Part shown: in pieces, positions 17,908 to 26,619 of the stretch
How positions within the stretch are numbered: the first letter of the stretch is position 1
How the letters are laid out: each line of letters begins with the position of its first letter
Virus record (IMG/VR): IMGVR_UViG_3300032327_000398
Coordinates: 1-58,372 of that record
Reading direction: 5' to 3' (one strand)
DNA length: 58,372 bases
Origin: a virus
Taxonomy: Duplodnaviria > Caudoviricetes
Notes under the pieces: model-generated
Told to the model about the DNA's origin: nothing
Databases searched by the model: none
Seen by the model: the letters and a program-made list of their open reading frames with translations, nothing else
Position numbers and translations under genes: made by a program

Positions 17908-19302
17908 TTATGCCCACGCGAAAGATGCTTTTTCGATGGGTTTGGATTTAGTCTGCCACTGCGCACCGCTACTTATGCTGTCAATGTGCAACGCAAAGTA
18001 CTGCAGGGCGTCCGCTACGTGCGAGGCGGAATTCTTTTCAGGCGTATCTTCTACGTCACCATTTTTCTTCAGCTTGTAGCGATAGGCTCCGCGCAGTCCT
18101 CGTATGGTGTCAACACACACGGGATCGAGTAAAAAGGCAGGCTTGCCATCAACCAGACGTGTCAGGAGCGAATCTACCGCGTTTATGCGTGCAACCAGCG
18201 CGTTCGTTCTCGCGGGCATCACCCGAAATCCCTCCTGCCTGAGCACATCAAACACGGAACGCTCGTCGGTCTGCGCCCGCTGCGAGCCCGCAGGATCACC
18301 AATAATGATAAGCGGCATTCCGGCAAAGCGTGTACTGAGCAGGGGTTTAAGTTTTTCCCTGATAAAGCGTAATACCCCCATGCCCTCACTTGTCAAATCT
18401 GCGTATATCAACGCCCGTCCAAACGGATCTTGCTGACCAATCACGCAGGCCGGTGTCAGTCCAAAGTCAAACCCAATGACCAGTGGGTGTGTTGTTGACT
18501 TGATATGGCTCAGTGACTTTTTGGATACGTGCATGTCTGAGTTAAACGCACGAAACACGGGCTGACCCGACAACGATCGACCGAACTTACCGTGCACGTA
18601 GACATCCACCCAGTCCTCGGTTTTACCCTTGGCCAAGTTGTCGTAATAATCTTCGATCAAGTTATCAAGCCAATCCGCTTCAGCGCTCAGCCCACTGGGC
18701 TGCATAAAGACTTCCGCGTTATCGGGTGGCTCGCTCAGATACTTCTGCCACGTTGTGTCGCCATCAGGCGGGTTAGATGCACCCCAGACGTGATAATTCG
18801 GAGTACCGTCATCTGTGTAGCAGCCGCCCTGCCCTTTGCTCGGGTAGCGCCCGACGCGACCCTGCACGGCATCGAAAATCGCTTGGTTCACTTCTCTGAA
18901 CTCATCCATCATGGCAAAGGACGCTTCCACCGACAGCAGCCGCCTCACATCATCCTGGTCGTCCAGACCTCGAAGCAATATCTCGCACTCCACATCACCA
19001 ATCTTGAGCCACATCTTGCCGTCCACTTTCGCGTAGGTCAGGATGTCCGAGCCAAACCACTGCTGGATCGAGGGGATTGTGGAGTCTTGCAGCATCTGGC
19101 GCGTGTTACGGATGACAATACAACGTGAGCGGCGAACACCGTCTTTCTGCTTTCTCATGCGCGCGGCGTGGTAGAGGATCTTAAAGATTGCGCCCGTGGT
19201 TTTACCTGAGCCGACAGGCCCCATGATGAGACTGATGAACTTGCTGCCCTCAATAAAGCCTTGTACCGATTCGGGCGGTCTATAGGTGATGTCGCTAGTC
19301 AA
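17908..19302 (-). CDS. terL: Terminase large subunit
   Basis: Walker A GPVGSGKT, Walker B AMMDEFRE, nuclease IGFDFG...GDPAG...HVADALQY. Confidence 0.92.
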   Translation of the reverse strand: MTSDITYRPPESVQGFIEGSKFISLIMGPVGSGKTTGAIFKILYHAARMRKQKDGVRRSRCIVIRNTRQMLQDSTIPSIQQWFGSDILTYAKVDGKMWLKIGDVECEILLRGLDDQDDVRRLLSVEASFAMMDEFREVNQAIFDAVQGRVGRYPSKGQGGCYTDDGTPNYHVWGASNPPDGDTTWQKYLSEPPDNAEVFMQPSGLSAEADWLDNLIEDYYDNLAKGKTEDWVDVYVHGKFGRSLSGQPVFRAFNSDMHVSKKSLSHIKSTTHPLVIGFDFGLTPACVIGQQDPFGRALIYADLTSEGMGVLRFIREKLKPLLSTRFAGMPLIIIGDPAGSQRAQTDERSVFDVLRQEGFRVMPARTNALVARINAVDSLLTRLVDGKPAFLLDPVCVDTIRGLRGAYRYKLKKNGDVEDTPEKNSASHVADALQYFALHIDSISSGAQWQTKSKPIEKASFAWA

Positions 19303-19799
19303 GTTGATATTGCCTTCGGTGTTTCCACCATGTCGACAGTCATCGGATCGTCTTTACCGGATCGTGTGAAAACTATCGTGACAGAGCCCGTCGGTGCGGA
19401 TTGAACCTGTGCAGCTTTTGGGTACAGGTCTGTGACCTTCGATCCATATTCCACAAAGCTTTGTATCTGTCCCGGTGTCGCACTGCTTGACATGACATGC
19501 CGGTACCAAAGTAGGAACGCCTCCTCCGTACATGCTTTAACTTTCGAGCGATAGATCGACCCATCACGCTCAAGCTCCGCACGCTGTGCCTCCACGGCTT
19601 GCACAAACGGCTTGTACGCCTTCAAACGCTCCCAACCCATACCTTCATAGCCATATCGCGCTGCAATCGCCTCTGGCTCCTCCCATCCTGTGGCTATCTC
19701 CAAAATCATGCTCTGGGAAATATCCACGGGTTTTGGTGCCGGGAGGGCTAGCAGCCGATCCAGATCATCCGAGACATCGAAAGGTGTCGCCTTAGCCAC
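19299..19799 (-). CDS. terS: Probable terminase small subunit
   Basis: Immediately upstream of and coupled to terL; N-terminal HTH-like segment (PEAIAARYG). Confidence 0.6.
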   Translation of the reverse strand: MAKATPFDVSDDLDRLLALPAPKPVDISQSMILEIATGWEEPEAIAARYGYEGMGWERLKAYKPFVQAVEAQRAELERDGSIYRSKVKACTEEAFLLWYRHVMSSSATPGQIQSFVEYGSKVTDLYPKAAQVQSAPTGSVTIVFTRSGKDDPMTVDMVETPKAIST

Positions 19800-20054
19800 T
19801 TAGCACTTCCAGCGCTTCAGGCTTGCCGCTTTACGTGTGGGCTCGCCCTTTTCATCTTTCATCGGGCCGGGCATACCGCTCATGCGCGCGCAAAAAGATT
19901 TCTTGCGTGGCCCGCCTTCGGGCTGAGGGGCTTTCAAGTGGCTTCCTGTCTCACGATTATATTTCTCGCGACCTTTTTCAGTCAGACCTGCGCCTTGTTT
20001 AGTAGGCAGTTTTTCTCCGCGCCCAACTGCCAGAGAAGGTGGATTCTTAGCCAT
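19800..20054 (-). CDS. Conserved basic phage protein
   Basis: GAGLTEKGR..YNRETGSHLK and RKKSFCARM...SLKRWKC motifs common in aquatic phages. Confidence 0.7.
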   Translation of the reverse strand: MAKNPPSLAVGRGEKLPTKQGAGLTEKGREKYNRETGSHLKAPQPEGGPRKKSFCARMSGMPGPMKDEKGEPTRKAASLKRWKC

Positions 20055-20210
20055 GATGGATTGCCTTGGTCAAAATCTGTCGGATCAGTTCGCTGTAAGA
20101 AATCTGTTTCTTGCTGGCGAGTTCTTTCAGGTCTGCCAACAGGGCGTCGGGCAGGAACAAGTTACGTCGGGTCTGTGGCCCGTAAGAGCCCGCAACTGTA
20201 GGGGTTCGGC

Positions 20211-20525
20211 TCATTTTTTATCCTTTGCCTCGAACATACGCTGCTTGAGCAGGTAGCCCTCCAAGTCCCAAATCTTGTCGCGTGCGTTGGCGTATGCGAT
20301 CTTGCGTCCAATGTCTTGGTCGAAGTTTTCGGGGCTCGCAGACGCGCTACTGCCAATCACGGTGAACCCATTTTCCAACACAAGGCAACAAACTGTGACA
20401 GTGGTGCCGGGGATGATATGGAACTTCGTGTCGTAGATCACTGAGTCGATATTAGTCGGCGTCAGGCGCGGGGCGTTAAGCCCTTTGGATTGGATTTCCA
20501 GTTCCATGGTGGCTTCAGACATCAT
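20211..20525 (-). CDS. N4 Gp49/Sf6 gp66-family protein
   Basis: TVTVCCLVLENGFTVIG.SA.ASPENFD..IGRKIA..NA.DKIW.LEGYLL signature. Confidence 0.8.
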   Translation of the reverse strand: MMSEATMELEIQSKGLNAPRLTPTNIDSVIYDTKFHIIPGTTVTVCCLVLENGFTVIGSSASASPENFDQDIGRKIAYANARDKIWDLEGYLLKQRMFEAKDKK

Positions 20526-20728
20526 TTTTTAGCTTTTTCCATTTTTGCGTAGCTCATTGGGCTCATTTTTCCCGATTTCATTGCCATTGCAGCCTTCATA
20601 GACGGTTTTTCACCCTCTTTTTTCTCTTTTGCCATGTAGCCACCGACCGATAATTTGCCGGATTTAAGGCCTTTTGCCTCAGCTTTTTCGTGTGCAACAG
20701 ACTGTTTTGGTGCCATTTTGGTAGCCAT
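20522..20728 (-). CDS. Lys/Met-rich small basic protein
   Basis: 68 aa, GGAGG SD; first gene of the late arm. Confidence 0.65.
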   Translation of the reverse strand: MATKMAPKQSVAHEKAEAKGLKSGKLSVGGYMAKEKKEGEKPSMKAAMAMKSGKMSPMSYAKMEKAKK

Positions 20729-21061
20729 GGGGCCTCCAGAAGTTGAGTTAGTGTGTACATACTAACAAATTGGACGAAAAAATGACGAGTTAGTTTGTTT
20801 TAGGGTAATTTTTTTGGAAAAAATTGGGGGAAGGTGTGTATGTATAGGTGTGTATACCTAAAAAATTAGGTCATGCGATGCGTGAATGCCCTAAACGCAC
20901 CCCCCACCCCACCACCCCATGGGTCGCCCCCCCACCCCCCTGCCTAGGCTGAACTCTGCTTGCATTAAATGTAGGGTCAGCAACTAACAACCATCCACTT
21001 AGTCTGAACCCTGCTCGCAGTAAATGAGGGAGCCAACTACCAACGGGTAGACGGTGAGTCA

Positions 21062-21074
21062 CGTTCTTTAACAA
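21062..21074 (+). promoter_or_regulatory. boxA antitermination element
   Basis: CGTTCTTTAACAA matches the boxA consensus GYTCTTTAACA, in the leader of the early arm. Confidence 0.65.
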
Positions 21075-21309
21075 TCTGATGCACGTCTACCTTTCATGGG
21101 GTTACATGACTCTAAGCCCTCGGTTTATCTGAGGACGGATAGTCGTGCCATGTCAGACCATGACAAACATCGGAACCGGACAATGATAATTACCCAAGCC
21201 CTACACGTATTTCATAGCTAATGGTGCTAAGTGCGTGATCACATAGTGGCTTGGGGTTATCTGGGGTATTTGACCTTGCATATCGTGAGGCGTACCCCTC
21301 ATAACCCTA

Positions 21310-21987
21310 ATGGATAACATCATGACAATCGTAAACACAGAAGTCACCGCATCATTTCAAAATGACGTGCGTGTTCTGGGTAATAACGCAGAGCAAACGG
21401 CTATCAAAGCCCATGCTGTCGGTATTACTGCGGTTCAGAAGGCGTACTCTGGCGACAATTTGACCTATGCACAGTACGTGCTGGACAATTCGCCTAAGTA
21501 CGTGGCAAAGGCTCTTACCTCATGGTTTAAGCGTGCTGGTATTGACGTGATGGAGCCGCTTGTCGGTGAAAGTAAGTACATCGTGAATTGTGTAGTTGAC
21601 AAGTCACGTCAGGCTAAGGTTTTTAAGGCTATCAAGACACGTCCAGTCATCGAGACTGTAATGAAAGTAACACCTGAGCCAAAGGCTAAGGTATTGAAAG
21701 GGACAGCTGAGGAACGTGCTCAGATTGCTGTCGATCGGGTTATCACGTCCTTAAAGAAGGCTGACGATGAGTTAGCGGCTAGCATCGTATCAACTCGTAC
21801 AGCCGAATCATTCGAGGCTATGACCTTGATTAGTGCCACTGGTGCGGCTATTGAATTGGAATCGGCTGACTATAACGCTGTCGTGCAATTGCTTGAAGGT
21901 CGTGGGATTTTTATTGCTACGAATACCGCGCCGACTCCATTCACATCGTCCGACATGGATGAGTTGAAAGGTTTACTTACAGCTTAA
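21310..21987 (+). CDS. Hypothetical protein, first early gene
   Basis: 225 aa ORF, no recognised motif. Confidence 0.8.
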   Translation: MDNIMTIVNTEVTASFQNDVRVLGNNAEQTAIKAHAVGITAVQKAYSGDNLTYAQYVLDNSPKYVAKALTSWFKRAGIDVMEPLVGESKYIVNCVVDKSRQAKVFKAIKTRPVIETVMKVTPEPKAKVLKGTAEERAQIAVDRVITSLKKADDELAASIVSTRTAESFEAMTLISATGAAIELESADYNAVVQLLEGRGIFIATNTAPTPFTSSDMDELKGLLTA

Positions 21988-21992
21988 TCACA

Positions 21993-22048
21993 ATGTCACT
22001 GATGAGGGGTTAGTCCCCGAAACGTCCAGACTATCGGACGTATGACAT
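21993..22048 (+). ncRNA. Type I hammerhead ribozyme
   Basis: ATGTCA-CTGATGA-GGGG ttagt CCCC-GAAA-CGTCC agactatc GGACG-TA-TGACAT: complete core, all three stems pair, predicted cleavage after GUA (22042). Confidence 0.92.
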
Positions 22049-22082
22049 AAGCACGTACTCAACTATCAACTTGAGGTCAATC

Positions 22083-22331
22083 ATGAAACTATGTGATGTA
22101 CTACCATCTGACGTGGTGTCAGGTTTATACGCCATGAGCAGTCATAAATCCGTCCTGCGCCCTGACCCCCATGTGCTGCGTGTGCATCGTGTGGTGCGCG
22201 GTCTAATGCCGTCCCTGTCCATCGACTACCATGAGCACGTTCGTGGCTATGACGTCCCCAAATCCTATTCATCCAACATGCCACAGGTTTGTGCGTTTGC
22301 TCGTACCCACGGGATTAAGTCCCGTATCTAA
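22083..22331 (+). CDS. Hypothetical protein
   Basis: GAGG SD before ATG 22083; lies downstream of the ribozyme. Confidence 0.55.
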   Translation: MKLCDVLPSDVVSGLYAMSSHKSVLRPDPHVLRVHRVVRGLMPSLSIDYHEHVRGYDVPKSYSSNMPQVCAFARTHGIKSRI

Positions 22332-22367
22332 TATGTTGTTTTGCTTAGTAGAGCCGTTTCTGCTTCG

Positions 22368-22403
22368 TTACACTTGACATACGTCAAGTGTAAAACTTTT
22401 TTT
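22368..22403 (+). terminator. Inverted repeat followed by T tract (terminator or operator)
   Basis: TTACACTTGAC-atac-GTCAAGTGTAA then a T run. Confidence 0.45.
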
Positions 22404-22419
22404 GCTTGCTGTCAAGGGC

Positions 22420-22832
22420 TCGACTAGACAGAAATTGCCAATATTCACCAAAACGGGCTTCTGTCTTGTCGTTGTCTAATTACCAAAGTGAGTATCCATG
22501 CGGTTCTTAAGACCTTGACTAGACAATAAGACAATAAGACAGTAAATATAGAGCCTTGAACATTATTGAAAATATATTTTGGTGATGTTGTGATTTTTCC
22601 GTGGATATTTCATCCCCTATAAAAAGGCGCACGCTCGAAATTCTCTGTCTTATTGTCAAGCAGAACGCAAAACGTCCCGCAAACCCGCATGGATGCTCAC
22701 TCCGTCGACAAGACGCAGTTTTTCAATTTCTGTCTTGTCGAGCATTTCTGTCTTATTGACCGCTCTTGACGCTCCTTTTTTTATTTCGAGCAGTCATAAC
22801 CCGAGCACCTAGTTCACCCCACGCCTGTCTTT
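22420..22832. repeat. Iteron-like repeat region, putative replication origin
   Basis: About seven CTGTCT(T)-core repeats in both orientations around an AT-rich core; inverted repeat at 22488-22505 / 22681-22700. Confidence 0.55.
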
Positions 22833-22850
22833 ATTTTTGGAGATTCCCAC

Positions 22851-22994
22851 ATGGAAACCCATTCATTAAACCTGCCTGTCCCAAATCCAGCCCACTTTGG
22901 AAGTGACGAACAAGTCGATGCCGACTTCGCCCGATGGTGTGCGTCTTACGAACATGCCTTCATTCACGTCTACGAAGACCCTGAATATTTCTAA
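22851..22994 (+). CDS. Small acidic protein (47 aa, not in ORF track)
   Basis: GGAG SD; METHSLNLPVPNPAHFGSDEQVDADFARW...EDPEYF. Confidence 0.55.
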   Translation: METHSLNLPVPNPAHFGSDEQVDADFARWCASYEHAFIHVYEDPEYF

Positions 22995-23020
22995 CCGACA
23001 CCTACTTTGGGATGTTCATC

Positions 23021-23248
23021 ATGCCAGTATCCACATTCATTAAGTACGTCATGTCGTTCTACAACCCCAAAACTGGCATCTACCCCATTGAAGGTATGGG
23101 GCGCATGGATGTCGTTCGAGCAATCAATAAGTTGAAAGGCGAGGGTCATACCTTTGAGTATGACTCTATCGACCGTGAGATTGTCCGTGACCAGATCGTA
23201 GCTACGCTGTACCCCGGCGCAAACCGCCATCTCGGGTATACAGCTTAA
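23021..23248 (+). CDS. Hypothetical early protein
   Basis: FIKYVMSFY...FEYDSIDREIVRD. Confidence 0.65.
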   Translation: MPVSTFIKYVMSFYNPKTGIYPIEGMGRMDVVRAINKLKGEGHTFEYDSIDREIVRDQIVATLYPGANRHLGYTA

Positions 23249-23318
23249 CAAATTAACCCACTCACCAACTAACATCTTATTATGTTAGTATCTATACATA
23301 CACACCACAGGCTAACAA

Positions 23319-23471
23319 ATGTCTAAGCCCTTACCTAACTCACACAACTATCGTACTCACCCCCATCCACAACAACTCGACGACCGACTCACACTCAGAC
23401 GTCTGGCAGGAGGGCTGTCTGTGGTAGCTGCATGGATCATCGCCTTCGTATTTCTCGCCCAGTACTTTTAA
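23319..23471 (+). CDS. Small membrane protein (50 aa, not in ORF track)
   Basis: MSKPLPNSH...LAGGLSVVAAWIIAFVFLAQYF, C-terminal TM. Confidence 0.45.
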   Translation: MSKPLPNSHNYRTHPHPQQLDDRLTLRRLAGGLSVVAAWIIAFVFLAQYF

Positions 23472-23488
23472 CCATGAGACCGCTCATC

Positions 23489-23737
23489 ATGTCACTCATT
23501 GACACATTCAAATCCGTTGCACGAGATACCCACCCCGATGACTTCGTAGACTGTAAGGAGATCATCGTACGAGTTACTAACATCTATGGCAACAAGACGA
23601 TCTACCCCGACTGCCCGACCTCCCACAAATTCGCCAACCTCTTAGGTCAGAAGACCCTCACACGTAACAACCTCGACCACATCGAGAAACTTGGCTACCA
23701 CATCGCTGTCGCTCAACCCGACCCCATCACACTTTAG
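23489..23737 (+). CDS. Hypothetical early protein
   Basis: NIYGNKTIYP.C..S.KFA.LLGQKTLT...IEKLGY. Confidence 0.65.
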   Translation: MSLIDTFKSVARDTHPDDFVDCKEIIVRVTNIYGNKTIYPDCPTSHKFANLLGQKTLTRNNLDHIEKLGYHIAVAQPDPITL

Positions 23738-23876
23738 GAGCAGTAAGCAGTTTAGGCGGGGTGAGTAGGCGACCTTGTTACCCAACTAGCCGCTGAGTTT
23801 TGTGGGCTGTACTTAGTAACCCAAACAACCCACTACCTAACATCTTGCAGACATACTAACTTTAGGAGCAGTCATC

Positions 23877-24134
23877 ATGGCTGAATCACGTACCGTCACG
23901 ATCAACATGGACGCCGTACAGGCGACACAGATCGAACAGATCACAGGCTACCAAGAATTGATGGCTGCCATCGGATACCTGTCTACATGGAACATGACGT
24001 TCCCACGCGTTGAGATCTTCGTACAGGATGTCGAGAGTCCAGAGCTGCTCGCAGTCTACAAAGATGCGGGGGCTAAGCGTGGCTACACCATCGGCGCAGT
24101 ATGGAATGGCACCAAGTTCGGCTTCCACTCATGA
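23877..24134 (+). CDS. Hypothetical early protein
   Basis: AGGAG SD; C-terminal YTIGAVW...FGFHS. Confidence 0.7.
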   Translation: MAESRTVTINMDAVQATQIEQITGYQELMAAIGYLSTWNMTFPRVEIFVQDVESPELLAVYKDAGAKRGYTIGAVWNGTKFGFHS

Positions 24135-24544
24135 AAACCCCTAACCAAGTGCGCGAGATCGCTATAGCAACAGCACTCATGTACCAAGCAGCACCCGAGA
24201 TTTTCCCTAAAACCACTATTGATACCGCAGCCTACTTTGCCGGTGTGGCGGCATACCTGCATGACCGGAGTTTACTGGGGTACGAAATGCGTCAATACAT
24301 GGCGGGCTTTGGTAAGTACTTATCCGAGTTGCCCGACTACGAATGTCGTGATTTCTATCTGGAAACCTCAGCAGTACATGCCAAGTTATTTACAGACTAT
24401 GTACTTGGGCAGCAAGCTGCCGCCCGCCTGGCTGTTCGTCGCAGTGAACCTCCCGCCTACAACATCAACACCGACACCTTTGTTCACCCATGGCCAAGTG
24501 CAGAAAAAGCATGGCCTCTCCATAAACACACCGAAGGAACATAA
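24131..24544 (+). CDS. Hypothetical protein
   Basis: ATGA coupling to the previous gene. Confidence 0.6.
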   Translation: MKTPNQVREIAIATALMYQAAPEIFPKTTIDTAAYFAGVAAYLHDRSLLGYEMRQYMAGFGKYLSELPDYECRDFYLETSAVHAKLFTDYVLGQQAAARLAVRRSEPPAYNINTDTFVHPWPSAEKAWPLHKHTEGT

Positions 24545-24546
24545 TC

Positions 24547-25533
24547 ATGAAATTCTCATCCATCGTCAATTCAATCCGCGCTCAGTTCGAGACCACCAAC
24601 AAAGTTATCTTCTACATCGAGGGCGCACCCGGAGGTGGCAAGTCCGCAGCTGCCAAGGAAGTTGGCAAGCTACTCGGCTTCGATAAAGTCGTCTCGTTCT
24701 ACGCCTCGCTCAGAGATCCCGTCGATCTGCTCGGCACACCGCGCAATGACGGAGCAGTCACGTCATGGATTCCACCCAAGGAACTCCACGCACTCACCAC
24801 AGGTCGCAACCTCCTAATTGTCGAAGAACTTAGTGATGCCCCCGTACAAATGCAGAACCCGATGTGTGGTTTGTTCTACGACCGCCAACTCAACGACCTT
24901 GTACTGTCACCCCAGACGTTCATCATCGCAACCGGCAACCGTGCCAAGGACAAATCAGGTGCCACACGTATTGTTACCAAACTAGCAGGACGTGTACGCC
25001 GTATTACCTACACCGAGGACTTGGAGGATTTCTCCGCATGGTGGAAAGCTAACAACTTAGACCTCATCATGTTGCAGTTCCTGCGCTTCTGTCCACACCT
25101 ACTGTCAGCCTTTGATCCCAACGCTGACGCCTCGCCTACCCCACGCAACTGGGAATACGCTGCCGCATGTCCAACTAACCTGCCAGCCAACGAGTACTTT
25201 GAGAATATCGCCGGTAACGTAGGCGAAGGCGCAGCCGCGCAGTACGTAGGCTTTCGTGCCACATGGCAATCACTGCCTGATCTGGCGATGGCATTACTAC
25301 ATCCCGACTCTTGCCCAGTCCCCGACAAGCTCGACGTGCAGTATGCAACCCTAGGTGCGCTCGCTCACCGTACCGATAAGTCTAACTTTGCCAACGCTCT
25401 CAAGTATGCCGACCGCTTCACCCCCGACTTGAGCGTCATGTACATGCAGGACGTGCTTGGTAAATACCCAGAGCTTAAGTCATCGCGTGAGTTCATCGCC
25501 TACGCAGTCAAACACCAGTCCGTAATTTTCTAA
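24547..25533 (+). CDS. MoxR-like AAA+ ATPase
   Basis: Walker A GAPGGGKS, Walker B variant LLIVEEL, IIATGN sensor, SPTPRNWE. Confidence 0.85.
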   Translation: MKFSSIVNSIRAQFETTNKVIFYIEGAPGGGKSAAAKEVGKLLGFDKVVSFYASLRDPVDLLGTPRNDGAVTSWIPPKELHALTTGRNLLIVEELSDAPVQMQNPMCGLFYDRQLNDLVLSPQTFIIATGNRAKDKSGATRIVTKLAGRVRRITYTEDLEDFSAWWKANNLDLIMLQFLRFCPHLLSAFDPNADASPTPRNWEYAAACPTNLPANEYFENIAGNVGEGAAAQYVGFRATWQSLPDLAMALLHPDSCPVPDKLDVQYATLGALAHRTDKSNFANALKYADRFTPDLSVMYMQDVLGKYPELKSSREFIAYAVKHQSVIF

Positions 25534-25542
25534 GGGGTAAGT

Positions 25543-25716
25543 ATGAGCGGCTTCTTCAGAAAAGCGTCAGCAGTAGGCGGTGGCGGTATCAGCTGTAAGT
25601 GCTGCATGCCCAAGTCTGGCAATAAGTACGGAGCCGCCGCACGCACCCTCATCAAACGACAAGCCAAGCGGTTACTTGCCCGAACAGTAGACAAACTTAA
25701 CAAGGAATCATCATGA
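25543..25716 (+). CDS. Small basic protein with CxCC (57 aa, not in ORF track)
   Basis: MSGFFRKASAVGGGGISCKCCMPK...; ATGA overlap with the next gene. Confidence 0.6.
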   Translation: MSGFFRKASAVGGGGISCKCCMPKSGNKYGAAARTLIKRQAKRLLARTVDKLNKESS

Positions 25717-26609
25717 ACACACCCTACGCACCTTCAGCAGTCACTGCACACACCACACGCCGCCCCAAGCAACTCAACGAGAAAGCTATCCAAGTCCAGC
25801 TCGCCACCAGTCGTGCCAGATTATCCAAGCGTGACGTAGCAGCCGAGTCCTTTGTCCAAGGCGCACTTGGCGATGAGTCCCTGACCGCGTACTCCAAGTT
25901 GTTCCGTGACAAGACCAACCCGATCAACCGCCTCATGACCGAGGTCAATAAGGTCTACACGCACCATGTCACCAACACATGGCCGACCCCACAGAAAGGC
26001 GTGCGCTTACTCCCCATGCAAGTCTATGACGAGTATCGCCGTGAAATGCGCAGTCTCATGGATAACGTCGAAGCTCTGATGCAAAAGCTGATGCCCTTCT
26101 ATGACGACTATGTGTTGCTCGACATCTCATCCCGTGGCACCAGAGCGAATGTCAGTGATTACCCCAGCGCCTACGACTTCCAGACCAAGCTGAAATTCGA
26201 CTTACGACTTATTCCCCTGCCTGATGTGTCGCACTTCCTGTTCGACATTGACGAGGCTGACATGCGTGCCTTCGAGGACGGACTCAAGGACATCGAGCAG
26301 ATGGCGCGCCAAGAGACGGTTAAGTCCATGCTTGTGCCCTTGCAACACTTGGTCGATAAGTTAGCTCTGCCGATCGGCACAGACGGCTCGGTGTTTCGTA
26401 ACACCGCCTTGGAAAATGTCATCGAGGGTATCGAGCAAGCCAAGAAGTTATGCATCGACGACTCGCCAGAGATTCAAGCAGTCATCAGTGCGCTTGACAC
26501 AGAAGTTAAACGCTACTCACTCGACTGGTTACGTGAGTCCCCCGTCATGCGTGAGCAAGCCAACAAGAACCTGTCCGACATCGCGAGCCAGATGTCAGGC
26601 TTTATGTAA
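25713..26609 (+). CDS. DUF3150-like helical protein associated with AAA/VWA module
   Basis: GVRLLP and SDYPS..DF..K..F motifs; lies between the AAA and VWA genes. Confidence 0.55.
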   Translation: MNTPYAPSAVTAHTTRRPKQLNEKAIQVQLATSRARLSKRDVAAESFVQGALGDESLTAYSKLFRDKTNPINRLMTEVNKVYTHHVTNTWPTPQKGVRLLPMQVYDEYRREMRSLMDNVEALMQKLMPFYDDYVLLDISSRGTRANVSDYPSAYDFQTKLKFDLRLIPLPDVSHFLFDIDEADMRAFEDGLKDIEQMARQETVKSMLVPLQHLVDKLALPIGTDGSVFRNTALENVIEGIEQAKKLCIDDSPEIQAVISALDTEVKRYSLDWLRESPVMREQANKNLSDIASQMSGFM

Positions 26610-26619
26610 GGAGTAAATC

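Noticed and set aside
21120-21180. Second hammerhead (CTGAGGA core at ~21129)
   Set aside because: No GAAA after a stem II and no stem I; consensus incomplete
22420-22832. CRISPR array or mini-array
   Set aside because: Repeats are short (9-14 bp), in mixed orientation and irregularly spaced; no cas operon. The Cas4-like nuclease at 35598 sits in the replication module
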